NCBI GenBank assembly: GCA_016188575.1
Contig: JACPHN010000083.1
Location: 1-45,828 of the forward strand
DNA: 45,828 nucleotides
DNA from: Candidatus Schekmanbacteria bacterium
Lineage (GTDB): Bacteria; CSSED10-310; JACPHN01
Direction of reading: 5' to 3'
Of the stretch, positions 36,832-45,717 are shown piece by piece (the first letter of the stretch is position 1; each line of letters opens with the position of its first letter). Both the position numbers and the translations under genes were made by a program. A model generated the notes under the pieces. It made no database searches and was not told the DNA's origin. It saw only the letters and a program-made list of their open reading frames with translations.

Positions 36832-38514
36832 ATGGAAATCGGCTCGTCGACCTCGCTCTCCCCAACCATTCCCGACACCTCGGCAACCGGCACGAGCGAC
36901 ACCGCCACCGGCGGAGCGGCCAAGGAGGCCAGTCAGACGGCCTCCTCAGCCGCCGCCGGCGAGGTGCAAGAGACCCCTGATGCGGAGCCTGTTGCCGGCG
37001 ACGAACCCGCCGTCGAGCCAGTTGACTCGTACTCGACCGAGGCAGTCGGCGTCTGGGATCGCCTGACGGGTACCGCCTCCGCCGGCGAGGCCGGCGAACG
37101 TGGTGAAGCCGATTCGTCCCTTTCCGACGTCATCTCCCGCCTGCGGCAGAGCCCCCCGGCGCCCTCCCCGCTCGCCGCGCCCGCCAGCGACTCCGATCTC
37201 ATCTCGGCCAACGTCCTGCCGCCCGCCTCCCGCAACTACGGAGACCTCGTGCAATCGGTGGTCGGCGCTGACACTCAAGCCGCTGCGCTCGGACCGGACG
37301 GCATCATCAAGTCGCACGAAAACTGGGGAGGGCTGAACCTCAAGGAGGAAGAGCTCGGTCAGGACCTGGCGAAGCGCCTGAAGGGAGATCCCGCGGGCCA
37401 GTCCGGGACCGCTACCGGAGTGCTCGACAAGCTGGACAAGGGCGACGCCAGCCAGGTCAGCCACGAGATGTACAAGAACATGTCGAAGGAGGAGATGGTC
37501 AAGCTCGCGAGGACCGAACCAGGCCGAACCGCCCTTACCAAGATGAAGGACAAGCTCGACCCCTCGGACAAGGAGCAAGATGCGGCGGCTGTCGAGATCA
37601 AGAAGGCCATCGACGAAGGCAGGGCGCGCGAGGAGGAGGCCAAGGACCTGACGCCACCCGAGCTCAAGCCCGGAAAATCACACCACGAGCAGACCAAGGA
37701 CGGAGCCACCGTAGGCACCTTCTACACCAAGCCGAACGTCACCCAGATGCCTCTGGACAAATTCAAGACCGGCTCTGTCGAGGAAGCCAAGAAGCAAATC
37801 GATGACACCAAGGCCAAGCAGGAGGCCTTCTGCGCAGACATGCGCGCCAAGCTCGGCGACAACGTCGATGTCAAGAATCCACCCAGCCTCGACCACGTCA
37901 AGCAGTATATGCAGAAGGTCGCCGATGAAGGGGGGACCGACAAGGTCAGGGAGAAACACGGCGAGTACCTGAGCACCTTCTACGCCCATTCAGGCGAGGG
38001 CGTAACTTGGGGCGCCGGCAGGAAGCTCGCGGAAAGCGATCAGCTCAAAGCCGGTCTGCAGGGGCAGCCGACCCTCAAAGACGGTCGCAAGGTGATCGAC
38101 TGCGAGGGTTACTCAGCGCTGACCGAGAATATCCTGGGCGGTCTGAAGGACAAGCGTAACAAGAACCAGCCGATGTTCGACATCACACACGCATCGACAT
38201 CGAACCATATCATTACGGGCGTGTTTCCGCGCGACAAGAATGCAGGCCAACCGTTTTTCGTGAACAACAATGTTCCCAGTGAGATTACAAGAGAGGACTA
38301 CGCGGCGGCGGCGGGCTATGCGAAGAAGCAGGGCCGGGGCAAGCCCTCGCAGGACGACATCATGCGTGCGGTGGCGATTCGGGGCGCCCGCGAGCGCAAG
38401 GACATCGAACCGACCGCGGAAACGCCGGTCCAAACAGCAGGACGGATGTCGGGGATGACGGAGAGTCCAAAGACAGTAAAGAAGCTCCTCGAGGAGTTGC
38501 AAATTCCCGAATAA
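36832..38514 (+). CDS. hypothetical acidic Lys/Glu-rich protein with disordered S/T/A/G-rich N-terminus and C-terminal Cys/His module (possible papain-like/transglutaminase-like fold)
   Basis: GGAGG Shine-Dalgarno site 6 nt upstream and no signal peptide. The composition is unusual for this genome. The C-terminal 'IDCEGYSALTENILGG' ... 'FDITHASTSNHIITGVF' gives a Cys...His spacing of about 45 aa, reminiscent of NlpC/P60 or transglutaminase-like cores. Confidence 0.5.
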   Translation: MEIGSSTSLSPTIPDTSATGTSDTATGGAAKEASQTASSAAAGEVQETPDAEPVAGDEPAVEPVDSYSTEAVGVWDRLTGTASAGEAGERGEADSSLSDVISRLRQSPPAPSPLAAPASDSDLISANVLPPASRNYGDLVQSVVGADTQAAALGPDGIIKSHENWGGLNLKEEELGQDLAKRLKGDPAGQSGTATGVLDKLDKGDASQVSHEMYKNMSKEEMVKLARTEPGRTALTKMKDKLDPSDKEQDAAAVEIKKAIDEGRAREEEAKDLTPPELKPGKSHHEQTKDGATVGTFYTKPNVTQMPLDKFKTGSVEEAKKQIDDTKAKQEAFCADMRAKLGDNVDVKNPPSLDHVKQYMQKVADEGGTDKVREKHGEYLSTFYAHSGEGVTWGAGRKLAESDQLKAGLQGQPTLKDGRKVIDCEGYSALTENILGGLKDKRNKNQPMFDITHASTSNHIITGVFPRDKNAGQPFFVNNNVPSEITREDYAAAAGYAKKQGRGKPSQDDIMRAVAIRGARERKDIEPTAETPVQTAGRMSGMTESPKTVKKLLEELQIPE

Positions 38515-38528
38515 CCCGGCTCCGTATC

Positions 38529-38580
38529 TGTTCACCCCCTCCCCCCACTTTCGGAGGGAGGGTCGGGGCGGGGCGGGGGG
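38529..38580. repeat. GC-rich palindromic intergenic element, copy 5 (CTGTTCACCCCCTCCCCCCACTTTCGGAGGGAGGGTCGGGGCGGGGCGGGGGG)
   Basis: Has the left CTGTTCAC flank and a C-run/G-run hairpin. It sits between convergent gene ends. Confidence 0.6.
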
Positions 38581-38587
38581 AGAAAGA

Positions 38588-39619
38588 CTACCTGGTAGCA
38601 CGAGCCTCGCAGGGGCGCGAGGTCGCATCGCTCTCCGCCTCCCAAAACGCCCGCTGAATCACATACATCGAGGCGTTCAGCGCGACTCTCAACAGGAGCT
38701 CCTCGTCCTCTGGCAAGGCGAACCGGCGCCCGAGACAATGCACGAAAATTTCACCTGGAGCGGCGGTCCTGTCGGCAATCCGCTTTGCCAGTGCAAACAA
38801 CTCCATGGCGGCCGGTTCCTGCGCGCGTAATCGGGCCAGCGCGGCAGCGGCGTTGTGAGGGGTCGCATTCGCAGCCCCACCGGGGTAAAACAGCGGATCG
38901 CAGTGCTTGCGCGCGAGCCGCCGCATCGCGCGTCCCCACATTTCCCACCGCCGCCACCAGTCGTCGAAGTTGTGAGCGTGGTCGTGCCAGGCGCGAGCTT
39001 GCCGCGTCGCCTCCAGCACGATGCCCCGGCGGTGCATCAGCCGATACCCCAGGTCCAGGTCTTCACCTGCGGGCTCCGGAAAAGACGGGTCGAACCCGCC
39101 AACCGCGCGCACGTCCGCGGCGGGCACGCTGAGATTTCCCGTGCAAAACGCGAGGGGGCCGAGCGGTACGCCCGGGGGGACAGTCGCGGTCCCGAATATG
39201 CCGATCTCGGTGGCGATGCGATTCAGCGGGGTGGCCATCACCGCGGGCGCGAAGTCGAAGGTGCCAAGCAGCGCGGTCGGGCGGCGGAAACACGCATGGA
39301 GCTGGAGGTGTGTGGACACCACGTCGCGCGCAAGGCGCACGTCGTCATTGAGAAATAGGATCAGCGGCGCCTGGACCAGATCGAGGGCGCGATTGCGCGC
39401 CGCGGCCGGGCCGGCCTGCGCTGCCGCCGTGACGAAAACCCGCAAGCTGCCGCGGCAAGCATCCGCGACGAGCGCGGCCGGCGGGGCCGAGCCGTCGTCT
39501 GTGACGATTACCTCGAAGCTCTCGGCCGACTCCTGCCGGGACAGGTCGCCGAGGAGGTTGGCAAGCTGTAGCGGGCGATTGTGTGTCGCAATCACCACCG
39601 AGATGCGCGGAGCGATCAT
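38588..39619 (-). CDS. family 2 glycosyltransferase
   Basis: N-terminal 'ISVVIATHNRPLQLANLLGDLSRQ...FEVIVTDDGS' is the GT2 (GT-A, DxD) signature. Confidence 0.8.
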   Translation of the reverse strand: MIAPRISVVIATHNRPLQLANLLGDLSRQESAESFEVIVTDDGSAPPAALVADACRGSLRVFVTAAAQAGPAAARNRALDLVQAPLILFLNDDVRLARDVVSTHLQLHACFRRPTALLGTFDFAPAVMATPLNRIATEIGIFGTATVPPGVPLGPLAFCTGNLSVPAADVRAVGGFDPSFPEPAGEDLDLGYRLMHRRGIVLEATRQARAWHDHAHNFDDWWRRWEMWGRAMRRLARKHCDPLFYPGGAANATPHNAAAALARLRAQEPAAMELFALAKRIADRTAAPGEIFVHCLGRRFALPEDEELLLRVALNASMYVIQRAFWEAESDATSRPCEARATR

Positions 39620-40218
39620 TCCCGACTCGGTGGCAGAGATTTCACGGCCTCGACGAAGACCGTATGGTCCGCGAAGTTGCGGTCGAGCGCCGCGGCATTG
39701 AACCGGCGGCTCTCTCCGAACTTGGTGACCTCGATCTGGTCAGCGGCGAAGCCGGCCGCCCGCAGCGCCGTGGCCAGGATGTCGGCGTCGTAAATGGCCT
39801 TATGCCCCCAGCCAAAAACGATAGCGAGAAGTGCTCCAGCGCTGCCGAAGTCACGATAGGCGATGGGGTTTCCGCCCGGCTGCGCGGCCAGCCAGGGGGC
39901 TTTTACTTCGGGACAGTAGTGAGCGAAATACGCTTCGGAAAACGCGCGATCTCCCGCCACGTACGCCTCCGCAAAGAGCCGGAAGTCGGGGACGCCGAGG
40001 CGCGCGGCGCCGCCGACGCGGAGGACCCGGTAGACCTCGCGGAGCAACGCCGCCCCCTCCTGGAACGTCAGATGCTCGAGCAGATGCGAGCTGTACGCCT
40101 CGGAAATGCTGTTTGCCTCCCAATCGCCTAACCCGAGCCGCAGATCATGTCCGCGGCTCAGGTCGAGATTGACCCAGCCGGGAAAGTAAATCTCACCGCA
40201 TCCCAGGTGCAGCCTCAA
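39616..40218 (-). CDS. class I SAM-dependent methyltransferase
   Basis: N-terminal 'LHLGCGEIYFPGWVNLD' matches the methyltransferase family motif. There is an ATGA overlap with the GT2 gene. Confidence 0.65.
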   Translation of the reverse strand: MRLHLGCGEIYFPGWVNLDLSRGHDLRLGLGDWEANSISEAYSSHLLEHLTFQEGAALLREVYRVLRVGGAARLGVPDFRLFAEAYVAGDRAFSEAYFAHYCPEVKAPWLAAQPGGNPIAYRDFGSAGALLAIVFGWGHKAIYDADILATALRAAGFAADQIEVTKFGESRRFNAAALDRNFADHTVFVEAVKSLPPSRE

Positions 40219-40253
40219 GGCGATCTCTCATTCGCCGTCAGGTCGCCGGTCAG

Positions 40254-41462
40254 CTACCCTGCGTGAGAATCGATCGCCGTCACGACTTGGCGAGCCTGCT
40301 CGACAATCGGGTTGCCGGCCGGACCGGACTGCACCAGGGCGTCGGCGGTTTCGCGAGCCTGTTGCGGGCGCCCATCGTTCCAATAGGCCAGCGCGAGGTT
40401 GAATCGCGGCGCAAATTCTCCCTGCGGGGCCAGGCGGCACGCCGACTCGAGCACCGCGACGGCCTCCTGGGCGATTCCATGATTCGTCCTCGCCTGCGCG
40501 TTGAGCAGAGTGCCCAGATCATTGTAGGGTCGCCACTCCTGAGGGGCCACGCGCATCGCATGGCGCAGATCGGTAATCGCGAGGTCCGCGCGGTTGCCCA
40601 TGTCGTAAAGCATCGAACGGAGGTGCAGGCCACGCCAGTTGTCGGGATCGCGCGCCAGCAGCTTGTCGACCGCCGCCGCGGCGGTCTCCACGTCGGTTGC
40701 CGCCAGCGCGAAGGTTGCAAGATTGACGTAGGCCGCCTCGTTGTCCGGGTCGATGCGCGTCTGCTCGCGCAACGCGGACACGACTTTCTGTAGGTCGCCT
40801 TTCTTGAGATAGACGGCCGCGAGCTTGTCGTAGACGACACCGGCGTCGGGAAAGAGCGATTTCGCCTGTAGCAGCACTTTTTCGGCACCGTCCTGACGCT
40901 CGACCTCGCTGAGGACGTCCGCGAGCGTCATGTAACCGTCGAGGTAGGCGGGGTTGATCTCGATCGTCTTCGCAAACTCCGCGACCGCCGCGGCATGGTC
41001 TCCGGATTGTTTGTATGCGATACCAAGCGCATAGTGCGGGTCAGTGGCCCGCGGGTCGAGGCGAGCCGCGTGATTCAGCTCGCGAACGGCGTCCTTGAAT
41101 CGCTTCGCCGCGGCCAGAGAGCGACCGTGTTGGTAGCGTGCTTCGTAGCTTCCGCCGTCGAGGCCGACGGCAATTGCGAAGCTCTCGAGCGCGCCATCGT
41201 GGTCGCCGGTTCCCTCGCGCAGTAGCCCGCGCAGCACGTGAGCTTCCGCGCATGTCGAGGAGAAACCGATGACCCGGTCGACGATCGCCCGCGCCTGCTC
41301 GATCTTGCGAAGCGCGATCGCGATGCGCGCCAGCGCCAGGCTGGCCTCCAGGTGTTGATGATCTGCCTGTAGCGCGTCCGAAAACGCCTTGGCAGCGAGA
41401 TCCAGGCGACCGGTGGCCAGCAGTTTCTTGCCCTCGGCGCAGTATTCGTCAGGTGATGGCAT
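40254..41462 (-). CDS. TPR-repeat protein
   Basis: Start at 'MPSPDEY' with a perfect AGGAGG Shine-Dalgarno site. Multiple TPR units are present (e.g. 'AHVLRGLLREGTGDHDGALESFAIAVGLD'). Confidence 0.7.
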   Translation of the reverse strand: MPSPDEYCAEGKKLLATGRLDLAAKAFSDALQADHQHLEASLALARIAIALRKIEQARAIVDRVIGFSSTCAEAHVLRGLLREGTGDHDGALESFAIAVGLDGGSYEARYQHGRSLAAAKRFKDAVRELNHAARLDPRATDPHYALGIAYKQSGDHAAAVAEFAKTIEINPAYLDGYMTLADVLSEVERQDGAEKVLLQAKSLFPDAGVVYDKLAAVYLKKGDLQKVVSALREQTRIDPDNEAAYVNLATFALAATDVETAAAAVDKLLARDPDNWRGLHLRSMLYDMGNRADLAITDLRHAMRVAPQEWRPYNDLGTLLNAQARTNHGIAQEAVAVLESACRLAPQGEFAPRFNLALAYWNDGRPQQARETADALVQSGPAGNPIVEQARQVVTAIDSHAG

Positions 41463-41484
41463 GCAAATGCCTCCTGATTTGAGT

Positions 41485-43050
41485 TTACCAGAGTTTGAAC
41501 GCGTCCACGACGCTGTCGATGACGCTCGCAGCGCCGGCAGCGATCGTGTCGGCCGTAGTCTCGATGGCGTTGGCCGCGGACTGCACCGCTCCCGCCACTC
41601 CTTGCGCCAGGTTGCCGGCATCGCGGACGGCGGCACCGGGGTCGAGCGCGTACTCGAGACCCTTGCCGGCGAGGTCCAGCGCCCCGCCGATAGCGGCGTT
41701 GGCAATGGCCTTGACGTCCACCTCGACACCCCAGCCCGCGCCGAACCCGTAGCCTACGGCGGCGCCACCACCGAAACCGAACGAAATTTTGCCGTCGTCG
41801 TAGCCGAGGTGCACGCCGCCTTCCGCGCCGGCACCGGCCCAGGCACCCGCGTGTCCCGACAAGGTGACGAAGTCGCCGATACCTACCTGCCCTTCGGCCT
41901 CCGCTTTCACACCGGCAAACGCGGTTCCATAGATATCCGCCCCGGCGCGCGGTGGGTTGATCGTGGCGTTGACCTCGGCGTGGCCTTCGGCGAGCGCCGA
42001 AGCCTCGACGCGCACCTTGCCGCTGCCGTTGATATCGAGGCGCTCGCCGCCGATTTCGACGCCTGCCGTGCGAAAGTCAGCTCCCGCCTCCGCGGACGCG
42101 GAGACACCCACGCGCGCGTCTGCTCGCGCACGCAGCCCCGTGGCGTCCAGCGTGGCGCTTCCGGTCGCGTCGCCGAACGCTTCAACACCGGCATTCGCGT
42201 AGTAGTTGGCGGTGCCCAGCGCATTCTCCAACCGCCCCTGGGTGGATACCATCGCCGCCGCACTGGCGCCGACTTGCCCCTGAGCGTTGAGCCCGGTTGC
42301 ATCCAGACTGACGCTGCCCTCGCCGCCATAGCGCAGGTCGGCGCGCGCCTCGGACGTGTTCGTGGCTGTTCCGAGAACCGTTTCCAGACGACTGTCCGAG
42401 CGCGCCGAGGCGCCGAGCGTCCCCTGGAACCGCCCCTCTGCCTCTGCTCCCGCAATGCCGATCTTGGCCCGGCCGTCGGCCTCGAAGTCGCCGCCCACGC
42501 GCGTCTGGGTCTGGTTGTCGAAGGTGCCGAAGTCGCCAATCTGGCGATGAAGCTGATACGCGCGGTAGTCTCCAAAATGGCTCTGCGTGGACCCACGCGT
42601 CTCGGCCCGCAGCCCTGTCTGTTGCTCGAGTGCCTCGAGACTCTTGTCGACGCCCCCGAGGACACCCTGGATTGCCTCCGTGGGCGCGCCGAGGATCATG
42701 TTCTGAACCGTATCCACGGGATTGTCGCGCAATCCCTGAGCGATCGCTGCCAGATCCTGCTGGAGCGCCGCCGGATCGAATTCGGCGTTGCCGAGAAACG
42801 CCGAAAAGTCCGGTGGCTGGCCGGAAGCGACCGAGGTCAGTAGATGCTGAATACCACCAAACGGGTGGCTGCCTAGATCCTGAAAAAGATCGATGATGGC
42901 GGACCCGGCGCGCGTCGTTGCGGCGCGCATTTCGCGGTCCTTGTCGGTCGCCGGGTCGTGTATTTGCGCTTCGCGGGTGCCCTGCGCCTGCCACGCCTGA
43001 GCGTACTGCTGCGAGGTGTGGTCACCCCACGAAATCGTTCCGTTGGACAT
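41485..43050 (-). CDS. hypothetical Gly/Ala-rich repeat protein ending in an aromatic residue (...DAFKLW)
   Basis: Start at 'MSNGTISWGD' with a GGAGG Shine-Dalgarno site. The central region has ~40-aa degenerate repeats ('SVSLDATGLNAQGQVGASAAA' / 'SATLDATGLRARADARVGVSASAEAG') with an alternating G/A/V pattern. No signal peptide. Confidence 0.5.
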   Translation of the reverse strand: MSNGTISWGDHTSQQYAQAWQAQGTREAQIHDPATDKDREMRAATTRAGSAIIDLFQDLGSHPFGGIQHLLTSVASGQPPDFSAFLGNAEFDPAALQQDLAAIAQGLRDNPVDTVQNMILGAPTEAIQGVLGGVDKSLEALEQQTGLRAETRGSTQSHFGDYRAYQLHRQIGDFGTFDNQTQTRVGGDFEADGRAKIGIAGAEAEGRFQGTLGASARSDSRLETVLGTATNTSEARADLRYGGEGSVSLDATGLNAQGQVGASAAAMVSTQGRLENALGTANYYANAGVEAFGDATGSATLDATGLRARADARVGVSASAEAGADFRTAGVEIGGERLDINGSGKVRVEASALAEGHAEVNATINPPRAGADIYGTAFAGVKAEAEGQVGIGDFVTLSGHAGAWAGAGAEGGVHLGYDDGKISFGFGGGAAVGYGFGAGWGVEVDVKAIANAAIGGALDLAGKGLEYALDPGAAVRDAGNLAQGVAGAVQSAANAIETTADTIAAGAASVIDSVVDAFKLW

Positions 43051-43317
43051 CTCTACCTCCACCCAGATCGAACGGTGTCGGGTTTCTTCGGTGCTCGTAA
43101 CAATCGTATAGGGGATTGTTGCCCATGGCAAGGTTATCGCGTGTTACCGCGAAATCGTTTCTCAACGGCTCACCGGGTGCTTGACAGGGCCGGCTCGGGC
43201 TGCGGTGTAGTCGAACCAGCGCTGCTGCGATCGATGAAACGCCAAGGTGGCAGCACCGGCCTGAATCCACCGCCTGGTCGAGTGCAGGCTGCGCGGAATG
43301 CGCATCACGAAGACCCT

Positions 43318-43362
43318 CCACCTCACCTCTTCCCGCATGCGGGGGGAGGGACGGAGGGGGCC
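43318..43362. repeat. GC-rich palindromic intergenic element, copy 6 (CCTCTTCCCGCATGCGGGGGGAGGGACGGAGGGGG)
   Basis: Shares the CCCGC-xTGC-GGGGGGAGG core. It lies in the divergent intergenic region. Confidence 0.55.
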
Positions 43363-43508
43363 CCTTCGCGTCGACCTCCGGCGGCGCGACCTTGCCGAAA
43401 TCCATCGGTGGCGCTATTCTGGGTCGATCGATGCAAGGGGCGGTGGCGCCCAGGTCTGTTTTCCCGGGCGCTCCGCGTTCGTCAGTAGCAGGGCGGAGAA
43501 GCAGGATC

Positions 43509-44537
43509 ATGCCCATCCCAGGTCGCGCGCACGAGTGCGTACTCGTTTTTCTCTCGCTGTCCGCCGTCTTGCCGTGGACGGCTGGCTGCGACGAGCTCAC
43601 ATCGCAGGCGGAGGTCGGCTACAGCTATGACTGCCCGGTAGCGCGACACGACCGCTGGGATGCGCACCCGCCCCACACGTCCGTCGACGACTGGAGCGAT
43701 CCGCTGCGCCTGATCGCACCCCTCAACTCCCCCTGCCCCGAAGATTCCATAAAGATCGCCCCGAACGGCCTCGATCTCTACTTTACTTTCTCCACGGATC
43801 TGCTCCAGAACCTCGCCCAAGACGAGGTGATGGCGGCGCCCACGGGCACGTATCGAGCTCGTCGACTGGGCGGACCCGAGTTTTTTGGCGAAGTCGCTTT
43901 CTATGACCTGGGGAAGGGCGCCAACCGTTCCGCCGACGGCTCGTTGAGCTTCAGCCCGGACGGCAGACTCGTCTTTTTCCAGTCGCTCCGCGATGGGAAC
44001 CTCGGGTTTCAGGCCGGAGCCGCGGCCGCCGAGAATCTGGACATTTACGCTTCCGACTTGCTCGATGGGACTCCTGGGCCCGCGAGAAACCTGGGCTTCC
44101 CCGTCAATTCGGAGTTTCTCGACGGTGACGAGGAAATCCATCCCGACAATCGGTCGCTCTATTTCACTTCCTCCAGACCCGGCGGTGTGGGAGGCAAGGA
44201 TATTTGGTGCTCACAATGGCGCGGGAACGGCTGGTCCCCTCCGGAAACTGTCGGGGCGCCGTTGAACTCAGAGCTCGACGACACGCAGCCCACCTTTTCC
44301 GCGGACGGCAACACGATGTTCTTCGCCTCCACCCGCGCGGAATGGCTTGGCCCAGCGATTTATCGGTCCGAGCGACAAGCCGATGACACCTGGGGGGAAC
44401 CCGAGCTTGTGATCAGAGGCCATGTCGGCTCACCGTCGCTGACCAGCGACGACCGGTTCATGTACTTCGTTCACTACCTTGCGGACGCAGGCGGTAGCTT
44501 CGATGTGGATGTCTGGTACTCGGTGCGGCAGCCGTGA
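43509..44537 (+). CDS. TolB-like PD40 (WD40-like beta-propeller) repeat lipoprotein
   Basis: Signal/lipobox 'LSLSAVLPWTAGC'. Repeated PD40 motifs 'SFSPDGRLVFFQS', 'PDNRSLYFTSSRPGGVGGKDIW', 'SADGNTMFFASTR' and 'SDDRFMYFVHY'. Confidence 0.75.
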   Translation: MPIPGRAHECVLVFLSLSAVLPWTAGCDELTSQAEVGYSYDCPVARHDRWDAHPPHTSVDDWSDPLRLIAPLNSPCPEDSIKIAPNGLDLYFTFSTDLLQNLAQDEVMAAPTGTYRARRLGGPEFFGEVAFYDLGKGANRSADGSLSFSPDGRLVFFQSLRDGNLGFQAGAAAAENLDIYASDLLDGTPGPARNLGFPVNSEFLDGDEEIHPDNRSLYFTSSRPGGVGGKDIWCSQWRGNGWSPPETVGAPLNSELDDTQPTFSADGNTMFFASTRAEWLGPAIYRSERQADDTWGEPELVIRGHVGSPSLTSDDRFMYFVHYLADAGGSFDVDVWYSVRQP

Positions 44538-44682
44538 TTCGGGCCGATCAGCCGAAATCGGCACGACAAGCGCATCGCGTGCATTGACCGCGCGGCTGGG
44601 CGACCTTACATTAAGCTCAGCGGAAGCGGTCAGCGGCTATCCTGCAGCATTCTAGTGATTGACACGCGAAAGGAGCGTGCTG

Positions 44683-45717
44683 ATGATCCAGAGCGAGGTG
44701 ACCTACCGAGAAATGAACCGCAGCAGGCATGTCGAGGAAGCGGTTGAACGCGCTCGGGACCGGCTCGAGAGGTTGCTCCCTCACGTCGTGAAGTCGGAGA
44801 TCGCGACGTTGCGCACGATGGTGCAGCGATGTTCGCGTGGCATTTTCGAAGTGTCCGTGAGCCTGCGCCTGCCTCGACGATCGTTCTACGTTCATGAAGA
44901 GGGCCACGACGTGGACGGGCTCGTCAACGAAGTCCTGAACGAGCTCTTGCAGCGTGCCCGCAAATTCAAGAGCCGCCGCGCCGAGCGCACGGGGGTTGCT
45001 GTCGACCAGGAGCTCCGCAGCGAGAACACGGAGAGCAACGTCGGGCGCCGGACGTCGCACGATACCGGGGAACTGTGGATCGACTCGCAGGACCGCAGCG
45101 AGATCAATCAACTCATCGAGGATGCGATTGGGCGACTGAAGGAGTTTATCGAGCGGCGCCTGATCCATCACGGGCTGATCCTGGAACGCCTCGGGGAAGG
45201 ACGCGCCATGGCTATCCTCGACGAGGCCGTCGCTACCGCCCTGGAGACGCTCCCCGCCAAGCCGGTCCACCTGCCGGTGCGGGCGTGGCTCTACAAGAAA
45301 GCCTCCGACGCCTGCGATGCGTGGGTGGCGCGCACCGCGGACGCCAGCGCGGACAGCGTTTCGGTCGACGAGCGGGCGACGTTCGCTTCCATCATCGAGC
45401 GCATGCAGGATGCCGGCACCGAGATGCTCGACTTCTGGCAGCCCGACGAAGAGCCGCATGCTGAAGACGTCTTGGGTGATCCGAACAGCACCAATCCTGA
45501 GGAGCTCGTTGGCGGGCTGGAGCTGGAGCGGCTGCTGATGAGCAAGCTCGAGCATCTTCCCGAGCTGGAACGTGACGTCGTCGTCCTGGCGATGTTGGAA
45601 GACCTCCCCATTGATGAGATCGCCGAGCTGCGGGGTTTGACCCCCGACGAGGTCACCGGGCTGCTGTCGCGCGCGAAGGACCAGCTCCGGACGTATTTTC
45701 GCGAAGTCACCGCGTGA
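44683..45717 (+). CDS. fusion protein: N-terminal ribosome-hibernation-factor (HPF/RaiA, S30AE)-like domain + C-terminal sigma-70 region-4 (ECF-type) domain
   Basis: AGGAG Shine-Dalgarno site 7 nt upstream. The N-terminus 'MIQSEVTYREMNRSRHVEEAVERARDRLERLL...FEVSVSLRL...VHEEGHDVDGLVNEVLNELLQRARKFKSRR' follows the HPF pattern (H.ve.s.alre....K..kl...........v.L......a......DmYaAID...dkL.rQl.K.K.K). The C-terminus 'LPELERDVVVLAMLEDLPIDEIAELRGLTPDEVTGLLSRAKDQLR' is a classic region-4 HTH. Confidence 0.55.
   Translation: MIQSEVTYREMNRSRHVEEAVERARDRLERLLPHVVKSEIATLRTMVQRCSRGIFEVSVSLRLPRRSFYVHEEGHDVDGLVNEVLNELLQRARKFKSRRAERTGVAVDQELRSENTESNVGRRTSHDTGELWIDSQDRSEINQLIEDAIGRLKEFIERRLIHHGLILERLGEGRAMAILDEAVATALETLPAKPVHLPVRAWLYKKASDACDAWVARTADASADSVSVDERATFASIIERMQDAGTEMLDFWQPDEEPHAEDVLGDPNSTNPEELVGGLELERLLMSKLEHLPELERDVVVLAMLEDLPIDEIAELRGLTPDEVTGLLSRAKDQLRTYFREVTA

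Noticed and set aside
35368-36923. 486- and 344-aa minus-strand ORFs antisense to the MVP gene
   Set aside because: Arg/Ala/Ser-rich artefacts. The plus strand encodes an unmistakable MVP homologue.
1041-43362. Possibility that the recurring GC-rich palindromes form a CRISPR array
   Set aside because: Copies are separated by 3-25 kb with genes between them, not short regular spacers. They behave like dispersed REP/MITE-type elements.
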